Made by a program: the position numbers and the translations under genes
Source: Candidatus Doudnabacteria bacterium
GTDB lineage: Bacteria; Patescibacteriota; Doudnabacteria; UBA920
Reading direction: 5' to 3'
Length of the DNA stretch: 64,000 nt
Assembly: GCA_038203095.1 (NCBI GenBank)
Contig: JBBREH010000002.1
Location: 5,904 to 69,903, forward strand
The notes under the pieces: generated by a model
What the model was told of the DNA's origin: nothing
Databases searched by the model: none
Seen by the model: the letters and a program-made list of their open reading frames with translations, nothing else
In this document: in pieces, positions 57,309 through 64,000 of the stretch
Layout of the letters: every line of letters starts with the position of its first letter
Numbering within the stretch: the stretch's first letter is position 1

Positions 57309-57470
57309 ATGGAGTTCAGCTCAACCGGATGGTACTCGCAACACGGAGCATTCATAAAAAGGATGCAGGCCTTCGCAGACGAAGGCTGGGATATAGTCAA
57401 TGTCATAAGCTCCGGAAACGGCAAAGTCTGCGCCTTTTTCACAAGGGTGAAACAGGGCGCAAGCCAGTAA
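57309..57470 (+). CDS. Small DUF4177-like protein (53 aa)
   Basis: RBS GAAGGGGG; MEFSSTGWYSQHGAFIKRMQAFADEGWDIVNVISSGNGKVCAFFTRVKQGASQ has the EGWxxVxV...G.....F.R pattern of DUF4177; followed by a terminator. Confidence 0.4.
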   Translation: MEFSSTGWYSQHGAFIKRMQAFADEGWDIVNVISSGNGKVCAFFTRVKQGASQ

Positions 57471-57484
57471 AATCATGCCGTACC

Positions 57485-57528
57485 CAAGCATCTAAGGTCG
57501 AAGGATCTTAGATGCTTGTATTTTTGTA
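57485..57528 (+). terminator. Rho-independent terminator caagcatctaag-gtcgaaggatc-ttagatgcttg + TATTTTTGT
   Basis: Perfect 12-bp stem plus T-run. Confidence 0.55.
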
Positions 57529-57660
57529 GTGTGCTCGTTCGAGTCTGAGCCTGAGGGCTCATCCCTCAAAGTCGAAGACCGATTTATCGACGATACTGTA
57601 ACGCTCATAAATAGGCACGCTACGGCTATCAATCGGACAAATGCAGGCCAATGGCCTGCG

Positions 57661-58224
57661 CTACATCCTAGACATTATCTTCCTCAAAACTTCCGCCTCC
57701 ACCCGGCAATCTACCAACGCATCGTGTAGCTGATTTTTATCTACATTAATTTTTAACTTTTTTATTAAATATTCCAAACCAAACCCGGAAAAATCTTTTT
57801 TGGATTTAAGTTGATTTTTTAGTCCCAAGTGGCCAAAAAAGAGTGGCCACAGGTCAAAGTAATGATAGTCAAAAGCGTATTTAACTCCGGCGCGTTCATA
57901 AGCGTCCAGCAAAAATCGCTTATCGTTAAAACCTACGTAGAACGCCTGAATCACGTTATGGCCAAAAGTTTTATTGAATTTTTTTATAACCAATTTTAAA
58001 CTCGGCGCGGACTTAAGTGTGTCTAACGAAATTTTATTAACTGCCATGGACTTTGGGTCTCGGCTGTGCCACTTGGCGGGCTTAACATAGCTGGAAAAAT
58101 GCTTTTTCTCCTTTAAAGTTTTTTTGTCCAACAAAACCGCCGCGAGCTGAATAATCTCGTGCTTATTGGGATTAAGCCCTGTCATTTCAAGGTCTATGAG
58201 TAAGATGTTTCGTTTAAAATCCAT
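57661..58224 (-). CDS. DEDDh-type 3'-5' exonuclease (DnaQ/oligoribonuclease-like), catalytic motifs intact
   Basis: Exo I DLEMTGL, Exo II ...GFNDKRF.., Exo III HDALVDC. Confidence 0.7.
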   Translation of the reverse strand: MDFKRNILLIDLEMTGLNPNKHEIIQLAAVLLDKKTLKEKKHFSSYVKPAKWHSRDPKSMAVNKISLDTLKSAPSLKLVIKKFNKTFGHNVIQAFYVGFNDKRFLLDAYERAGVKYAFDYHYFDLWPLFFGHLGLKNQLKSKKDFSGFGLEYLIKKLKINVDKNQLHDALVDCRVEAEVLRKIMSRM

Positions 58225-58299
58225 AAGTTAGTAGGCAGTGCGCAGTGGATAGTGGTCAGTTACTAATCACTGCACACTATTCACTATTCACTTGCTAGC

Positions 58300-58836
58300 T
58301 TAAACTTCTTTAATTATTCTTCTAAACACCTCTGCCTCCAGCCTAACTTTTTCCATAGCGTCAAAGGGATTTTTTTGCTTGAGTTTAAAATAATCCAAAA
58401 ATGTGTGGAAGGTAGGCATTTTTTTAAGCCCGTAGTTTAAAGTATAAATATAGCCCAAGGTCCACAGCTGTACAATATGAGGGTCGTAATTAAAGCCAAT
58501 TGCGGCCTTTTTAAAGGCATTTCTTAGAAACCAGACACTCTGGAAACTGTTGGTGGAAAGCAGTAAGTTTTGGCCAAATTTTTTGTGGAAGTTTTTAACT
58601 GCATCATAAATTTTTGGGCTCTTCCTTAAAGTGTCGTAATTAGTATTCAGTAATTTCGCGTGCTCATTAATTACACTGTCTAAAAAACTTATTTTTATAT
58701 ACGTATTAAAATTATCTTTTTCCAGCAAATTATCTTTGTCTAGCAGAACCGCGGATAGCTGAATTATGGAATCCTTGTCCGGGTCCTGCCCGGTAGTTTG
58801 GATTTCAAAAAATAGGAGATCTTTAATAAATTTCAT
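58300..58836 (-). CDS. DEDDh-exonuclease-like paralog with degenerate active-site motifs (probably inactive)
   Basis: Aligns with the upstream paralog, but Exo I is FFEIQTTG and Exo III is FDAMEKV (catalytic H/D replaced). Confidence 0.5.
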   Translation of the reverse strand: MKFIKDLLFFEIQTTGQDPDKDSIIQLSAVLLDKDNLLEKDNFNTYIKISFLDSVINEHAKLLNTNYDTLRKSPKIYDAVKNFHKKFGQNLLLSTNSFQSVWFLRNAFKKAAIGFNYDPHIVQLWTLGYIYTLNYGLKKMPTFHTFLDYFKLKQKNPFDAMEKVRLEAEVFRRIIKEV

Positions 58837-58919
58837 TTGTTCACAAATCACTAATGGTGCAAATGGGAGACAAATCAGGAATTTGCAGTATTTGTTCCCA
58901 TCTGTGATTAGTGGATAAT

Positions 58920-59432
58920 TTAATTTTTTGCTTTTTTCCAAACCTTAACCACATCTTCACCCTGCGTGTACTTTTTAATTAAATCAATAATCAATACCCC
59001 ATTTATGTGGTCAATTTCATGCTGAGCCACACGCGCAATCCAGCCGTCATCGGAAAACTTTATTATTTTACCCTCGGCGTTCTGCGCCTCAACCGTAACC
59101 TTCTTGGAACGTTTAACCATCCCAAAGACCCCCGGAATAGAAAGACATCCTTCCTCAATTTCGGTCTTCCCAAACCCTTTGCTTGTCACCTTGGGATTAT
59201 ACAAAGCCAGTAAAGGTACGCCATTTTTTTCCAAATTGACAATAATTAGTTTAACCGATTTTCCCACCTGCGGTCCGGCCAAACCAATGCCGTCTGCCTT
59301 GCGCACAGTGTCTATCATATCAGCCGTCAGCTTTTTTATTTCCTTGGACAAAGGAAAAACCACCGGCTCGGTCGGATCGCGTAAAACTTTGTTGGGATAA
59401 GTTAAAATCGGCAAAATCATATCTGTAGGCAT
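58920..59432 (-). CDS. def: Peptide deformylase
   Basis: GIGLAGPQVG, EGCLSIPG, QHEIDHINGVL metal-binding motifs. Confidence 0.85.
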   Translation of the reverse strand: MPTDMILPILTYPNKVLRDPTEPVVFPLSKEIKKLTADMIDTVRKADGIGLAGPQVGKSVKLIIVNLEKNGVPLLALYNPKVTSKGFGKTEIEEGCLSIPGVFGMVKRSKKVTVEAQNAEGKIIKFSDDGWIARVAQHEIDHINGVLIIDLIKKYTQGEDVVKVWKKAKN

Positions 59433-59446
59433 CCGCAGATCCGGAT

Positions 59447-59770
59447 TTAATCCGCAGGTCCGGATAGTGATTGATTATTTTTTTCTAAATTATTCTTTTT
59501 AATTAAATACGCAAACAACCTTCCGGGCGTTTTTACGCTTTTACTTTCCATTATTTGCCCGGCAAGGTTCCTTAAATAATTATGATCATACAAAACCGCC
59601 ATCTTCAAATAAAACGCAAAATGCTTTTTGTCATTTAATCTTTGCGATAGTTCATCTGCCAGCAGGTGGGCAGGGGAGTGAAGGTGGGGATTAACCTTGG
59701 TTTTGGCTGATGATTTGCCCGCTTTTAACCTAGCAATATTTCCTAAAGATTCCATAAAAATATTATACAT
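59447..59770 (-). CDS. Hypothetical protein
   Basis: ORF only. Confidence 0.3.
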   Translation of the reverse strand: MYNIFMESLGNIARLKAGKSSAKTKVNPHLHSPAHLLADELSQRLNDKKHFAFYLKMAVLYDHNYLRNLAGQIMESKSVKTPGRLFAYLIKKNNLEKNNQSLSGPAD

Positions 59771-59801
59771 TAAACTTTAAAAATAGGCTATAATTAAAAT
59801 T

Positions 59802-61190
59802 ATGAAAGTAGATATTGCCGGACTAAAAATTGACGCGACCACCAAAATAGATTTACTGGATGCTGTTTTGGCGCGGATTAAAAATAATCAAAAAACCTTT
59901 GTCACCACGCCGTATTCAGAGTTTTTGTACCGAGCTTTTTTGGATCCAAAATTGCTGGAAACTTTTAACCGAGCCGATTTTGCCGTAGCCGACGGGATTG
60001 GGATTTTTTGGGCAAAAAGATATTTAGAAATTCCTCTTTCGGCCAAAAGCTTCTGGGGCAAAATTTTGCAGGCGTTTTGGCAGATTATTTACAGCTTGGC
60101 TGCGATAATCTTGTACTCCAGATTTATTTATGATAGCGTGCCCATTCACGGGCGTCTCGAATCGCCGATAAATCGGCACACTACACAGCCTGATATACCG
60201 GAGAAAATCGTCGGTGCGGATTTAATTTGGGACTTAGCCAAATTGGCGGCTAATAATAACTTATCAATCTATCTTTTGGGTGGCTTTGGTAACACTCCGG
60301 AACTTGCGGCGGAAAAACTAACGACTTGTTATATTCACAGCCATAAACGAAGCAAGTCGCTTAAAATTGCGGGGTGGTCAAATAAAAATCCGAATGACTC
60401 ATCGGTGATTGCGGATGTCAATTCATCTGTGGCAGATATTTTGCTGGTTGCTTACGGACCTGTGAACCAAGAAAAATGGATTGTAGATAATTTACCCAAG
60501 TTAAATATTAAACTCGCGATTGGCGTAGGCGGGAGCCTTGATTACCTCGCGGGCATTAAATCCGCGCCGCCAAAATTTATTCGCTACGGCGGACTGGAAT
60601 GGCTTTGGCGGCTAATTACCCAACCATACCGCTTGAAAAGAATTTGGCAGGCAACTTTTGGATTAATAAGCAAAACTTTACTTCACAAAATTTATCAAAT
60701 TATGCCACTTAGAAAAAATGCCGTATGCGTTATTTTGAATAAAAATAAATCCATTCTTGTTTGCAAGCGAAACCCCAAACCTCAAGAAACCGACGCGGTC
60801 GGCGAACCGGCTGCCAAATTTCTAAACTATTGGCAACTCCCCCAAGGCGGAGTTGGTGAAGATTTGGATATAATAAGCGGCGCAAGAAGGGAAGCGCTTG
60901 AGGAAGTTAGTTTAAATGATTTGGATCTTCTTTACGTTTCACAAAAACATTATGACTACCAATTTCCTTTAAGCTGGCAAAGAATCTTTAAAAAGAATTA
61001 CCGATACCGCGGGCAAAGCCAAAATATTATTTATTTCAAATTTTCTGGAAAGGATGAAGAAGTAACAGTAGATCGAAAAGAATTTGTAGACTACCGGTGG
61101 GTAGAGGCAAACCAACTTTTCAAAATCATCCATCCCGAGAAACTTAACTTAACCAAAATTGTTGTTGATGATTTGAAACAACTGGTTTAA
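59802..61190 (+). CDS. Fusion protein: WecB/TagA/CpsF-family (GT26) glycosyltransferase + C-terminal NUDIX hydrolase. Carries an in-frame family D repeat at 60133..60186.
   Basis: N-terminal ...FVTTPYSEFLYRAFLDPKLLETFNRADFAVADGIGIFWA (GT26). C-terminal Nudix box LPQGGVGEDLDIISGARREALEEVSL. Confidence 0.6.
   Translation: MKVDIAGLKIDATTKIDLLDAVLARIKNNQKTFVTTPYSEFLYRAFLDPKLLETFNRADFAVADGIGIFWAKRYLEIPLSAKSFWGKILQAFWQIIYSLAAIILYSRFIYDSVPIHGRLESPINRHTTQPDIPEKIVGADLIWDLAKLAANNNLSIYLLGGFGNTPELAAEKLTTCYIHSHKRSKSLKIAGWSNKNPNDSSVIADVNSSVADILLVAYGPVNQEKWIVDNLPKLNIKLAIGVGGSLDYLAGIKSAPPKFIRYGGLEWLWRLITQPYRLKRIWQATFGLISKTLLHKIYQIMPLRKNAVCVILNKNKSILVCKRNPKPQETDAVGEPAAKFLNYWQLPQGGVGEDLDIISGARREALEEVSLNDLDLLYVSQKHYDYQFPLSWQRIFKKNYRYRGQSQNIIYFKFSGKDEEVTVDRKEFVDYRWVEANQLFKIIHPEKLNLTKIVVDDLKQLV
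60133..60186 (+). repeat. Family D element copy inside a coding sequence, in-frame (encodes DSVPIHGRLESPINRHTT)
   Basis: ATAGCGTGCCCATTCACGGGCG-TCTCGAAT-CGCCGATAAATCGGC-ACACTACAC versus the 62743..62794 copy (reverse complement) GTAGCGTGCCCATTTATGGGCG-ACTAAGATA-GCCGATAAATCGGC-GCGCTACAC. Confidence 0.7.
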
Positions 61191-61219
61191 AATGATAAGA
61201 TTAATATAATTAGACGTTT

Positions 61220-62746
61220 ATGATCAACCCAATAAAAACCGTCCGTACACGCTTTGCGCCCAGCCCCACCGGCTTTGTGCACATTGGTAGTTTGCGCACT
61301 GCGCTATTTAGTTTTTTATATGCCCGCAAAAATCATGGAGCGCACATTTTACGTATAGAGGACACCGACCAAAATAGGCTGGTAGAAGGCGCGGCGGAAA
61401 ATTTAGTTAAAGTCATGCGTGAGATGGGCATAGAATTTGACGAGGGCTACTACTTAGCCGATGACGGATCACTAAAAGAAAGAGGAAATTTTGGCCCCTA
61501 TTTACAATCAAAGCGTTTGGATTTATACCAAAAACACGCGACGGAACTCGTAGAAAAGGGGAGTGCATATTATTGCTTTTGCAGCCAGGAAAGACTGGAT
61601 GAACTTCGAAAAGAACAAACGGCTTTAAAAAAGCCGGCAATGTATGACAGACACTGCAAAAATTTATCCGAAGATGAAATTAAATTGAAACTGATTGAAA
61701 TTAAGGGGCAGAAAAAAAACCCCGTAGTGCGCTTTGCCATTCCACAGGAAGGTCAAACCACAATCCACGATTTAATTTACGGTGATATTACTTATGAAAA
61801 TAAAAACCTAGACGACCAGGTGATTTTAAAATCTGACGGTTTCCCCACCTACCATCTGGCTGTGGTCGTTGACGACCACTATATGCAAATTAGCCACGTT
61901 ATTCGCGGTGAAGAATGGATACCTTCTACGCCCAAACATTTGCTAATTTACAAAGCTTTAGGCTGGGAGCCGACGCAGTTTGCCCACCTGCCTCTAATAT
62001 TAAACCCGGATAAATCCAAACTTTCCAAGCGCCAGGGCGACGTGGCGGTGGAAGATTTTTTAAAGCACGGGTATTTAAAAGAGGGCTTGTTAAATTTTGT
62101 GGCTTTTTTGGGCTGGAACCCTAAAACAGACCAAGAGCTTTTTTCGCTTACAGATTTAATAGAGCAATTCGATTTTAGCAAAGTCAATAAAGCCGGCGCC
62201 GTATTTGACGACAACAAGCTGGACTGGTTTAACTCACAATATATTAAAAAACTGACGCCGACCGATTTAGCAAACCTGCTCAAGCCTTATTGGCAGCAAT
62301 CGGGAATTAGTTTTCAAAATTTTTCCGATGAATATCTTGCCACTGTTGCCAAACTTGAACAGGAACGCTTAAAAAAACTTTCCGAGATAGGGGAGAGGAC
62401 TGCTTACTTTTTTAAAGCTCCTGATTATGATGCTAAATTACTCATTTGGAAGAAATCAGACGCTGGGGATGCAAAACAAAAATTGTCTGAGCTTGCAAAT
62501 TTACTATCAACTCTGACTGATGATAAATTTTCCAACTCCAATCTAGAAACGGAAATCAAAAAATTTATTGCGGAAAAAAAATATGACAACGGCTCCGTTC
62601 TTTGGCCGCTAAGAACCGCGCTCACCGGCCAAGAAAAAAGCCCCGGCCCTTTCGAAGTTTGCGCCACGTTGGCTTTAGGCTTGGGCAAAAAAGAGGTCCT
62701 AAAACGTCTTGAGACAGCGGTTTCAAAATTGACAGTTGATGTGTAG
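61220..62746 (+). CDS. gltX: Glutamate--tRNA ligase
   Basis: RFAPSPTGFVHIGSLRTALF (HIGH), KLSKR (KMSKS), anticodon-binding C-terminus. Confidence 0.9.
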   Translation: MINPIKTVRTRFAPSPTGFVHIGSLRTALFSFLYARKNHGAHILRIEDTDQNRLVEGAAENLVKVMREMGIEFDEGYYLADDGSLKERGNFGPYLQSKRLDLYQKHATELVEKGSAYYCFCSQERLDELRKEQTALKKPAMYDRHCKNLSEDEIKLKLIEIKGQKKNPVVRFAIPQEGQTTIHDLIYGDITYENKNLDDQVILKSDGFPTYHLAVVVDDHYMQISHVIRGEEWIPSTPKHLLIYKALGWEPTQFAHLPLILNPDKSKLSKRQGDVAVEDFLKHGYLKEGLLNFVAFLGWNPKTDQELFSLTDLIEQFDFSKVNKAGAVFDDNKLDWFNSQYIKKLTPTDLANLLKPYWQQSGISFQNFSDEYLATVAKLEQERLKKLSEIGERTAYFFKAPDYDAKLLIWKKSDAGDAKQKLSELANLLSTLTDDKFSNSNLETEIKKFIAEKKYDNGSVLWPLRTALTGQEKSPGPFEVCATLALGLGKKEVLKRLETAVSKLTVDV

Positions 62747-62794
62747 CGCGCCGATTTATCGGCTATCTTAGTCGCCCATAAATGGGCACGCTAC
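62743..62794 (-). repeat. Family D element copy (reverse orientation) immediately after gltX
   Basis: See 39632..39683. The ORF 62763..62951 (-) is spurious. Confidence 0.7.
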
Positions 62795-62841
62795 GCCGAC
62801 AATTTTTGCCACATAAAGCCAACTCTGGTATAATATGTGTA

Positions 62842-64000
62842 ATGAAACGAGCATACGATACCAAAATTAAAATAATCACGGGGCTTTTATTTTTTGCCTT
62901 AATTTTTGGTCTGAAAAATAATCTTGCCTTCGCCGACGCGGCTTCCGACAAATTAGCAGCCAGCCAACAGAAGCTTTTTCAAATAAATCAACAAATTAAG
63001 AGCTACCAACAACAAATCGCAACAACCCAAAGCAAGGCCAGCACTTTAAAAAATGAAGTTTCTATATACAATAGTCAAATAGCTTCAACAGAGCTCCAAA
63101 TTCAGGCCAAGGAAACTCAAATTAGTGACGGCAATTTACAAATTACAAAAATCCAGGAAATCATTGACCTTAAAGTTCAAGAAATTGCAAACAATAAAAA
63201 GGTTTTAGGCCAATTAATTCTTGAGGCTAACCGCTTTGATGACCAGTACGCTTTAAGAACCGGACTAGGCAGTAGCAATCTGTCCGATTTTTTAGATCAA
63301 ATTCAATACGGTCAAAATTTACAGGGCAAAATTTATCAACTAATGGAAAAAATTAAAACTTTAAAAACCCAGCTGGAGGATCAGAAAAACGATTTGGAAA
63401 TTAAAGTTAAACAACTAGGGGAACTAAAAAGCCAACTGGAAATTACAAATAAATCGTTAAATGAAATTAAAAATCAAAAACAAAAATTATTTAATCAAAC
63501 CCAAGGGTTAGAAAAAAATTACCAAAAACTTTTGGCCTCAAGCAAACAGGATGCCGACAATTTACAAAAGGAAATTCAAGATTTAGACGCGCAAATAAGA
63601 GCAAAATTAGGCAAAAAAACCATTGTCGCGCAAAAAGGTGTTTTGGCATGGCCGATTGATGGCATACTAACCCAAGGCTATGGCAATACCGGTTTTACCT
63701 CTTTAGGCTATAATTTTCACAACGGAATTGACCTTGCCGGGCCTCCGGGGCAGGCAATTTATGCTGCCGCTGACGGCACAGTACTGTACACAGACCATTC
63801 AGACGCAAGTTTTGGCAACTGGGTGGCAGTCAAGCATAATATTTCCACAAAAAACGGTACCAGCCAAATTATTACTTTGTATGGACATATGACAAGTTTC
63901 AAAGTTTCCGTTGGGCAGAATCTTTCTCAGGGCGACTTAATTGGCTACGAAGGCAATACCGGTAACACCACCAAAAAACTTTACGGACCAGAAAGGGGAT
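62842..64000 (+). CDS. M23-family peptidoglycan metalloendopeptidase with N-terminal coiled coil (EnvC-like); 3' end beyond window
   Basis: Signal/TM, long Q/K-rich coiled coil, then HNGIDLAG...G.V....D......GNWVAVKH.....TLYGHM (HxxxD ... HxH-type M23 motifs). Confidence 0.7.
   Translation, partial: MKRAYDTKIKIITGLLFFALIFGLKNNLAFADAASDKLAASQQKLFQINQQIKSYQQQIATTQSKASTLKNEVSIYNSQIASTELQIQAKETQISDGNLQITKIQEIIDLKVQEIANNKKVLGQLILEANRFDDQYALRTGLGSSNLSDFLDQIQYGQNLQGKIYQLMEKIKTLKTQLEDQKNDLEIKVKQLGELKSQLEITNKSLNEIKNQKQKLFNQTQGLEKNYQKLLASSKQDADNLQKEIQDLDAQIRAKLGKKTIVAQKGVLAWPIDGILTQGYGNTGFTSLGYNFHNGIDLAGPPGQAIYAAADGTVLYTDHSDASFGNWVAVKHNISTKNGTSQIITLYGHMTSFKVSVGQNLSQGDLIGYEGNTGNTTKKLYGPERG

Noticed and set aside
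1-64000. CRISPR arrays / cas genes / obvious defence islands
   Set aside because: No regularly spaced identical repeats with unique spacers were seen. The repeat families present are dispersed palindromic or TIR elements, and there are no cas, restriction-modification or abortive-infection signatures among the proteins.

Overview
This 64 kb window is AT-rich (~40% GC by eye) and mostly housekeeping chromosome. The gene complement is small and minimalist, consistent with a reduced-genome bacterium (possibly CPR/Patescibacteria-like; this is an inference only). TGA terminates several clearly complete genes (rarA, the TerC-like gene), so the standard code was assumed.

Recognisable genes on the two strands include thrS (5' partial), dnaE, a SEDS FtsW/RodA, rplY, prmC, prfA, rpmE, rpsB, tsf, a two-component pair, an ECF sigma factor, a MacAB-like efflux set (HlyD adaptor, ABC ATPase, FtsX permease), a cupredoxin plus a P1B-ATPase, ahcY, rpmG, gpmI, an MsbA-like ABC exporter, rarA, queA, hup, yjbQ, mltG, fmt, def, two DEDDh exonuclease paralogs, a GT26-NUDIX fusion, gltX and a 3' partial M23 peptidase. 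Four tRNAs were found by hand: Thr-GGU, Tyr-GUA, Thr-UGU and Trp-CCA. No rRNA, CRISPR array or cas genes were seen.

The most unusual thing here is not a protein system. It is the density of small repeat families: miniature inverted-repeat elements and palindromic units, most bounded by terminal inverted repeats (TIRs), named families A-G below.
- Family A is a ~160-nt element with 11-12 bp TIRs in two copies (conserved 5' core, sequence-divergent 3' hairpin and one covarying internal pair, so possibly a structured RNA).
- Family B is an AT-rich ~165-nt MITE in three copies plus a fragment.
- Family D is a 52-nt double-hairpin unit in four copies, one of them in-frame inside a glycosyltransferase gene.
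- GC-rich hairpin modules sit in-frame inside prmC, gpmI and fmt, reminiscent of Rickettsia palindromic elements, and also cluster in intergenic islands.
- A ~360-nt GC-rich structured island at 44600-44960 is of unknown identity.
- An 'ATTTGTAG/ATTTGTG' heptamer array precedes several start codons.

Two genes (dedA-like, MFS) carry single-nucleotide frameshifts at homopolymers. Six-frame ORFs that lie on repeats or antisense to genes were treated as spurious.
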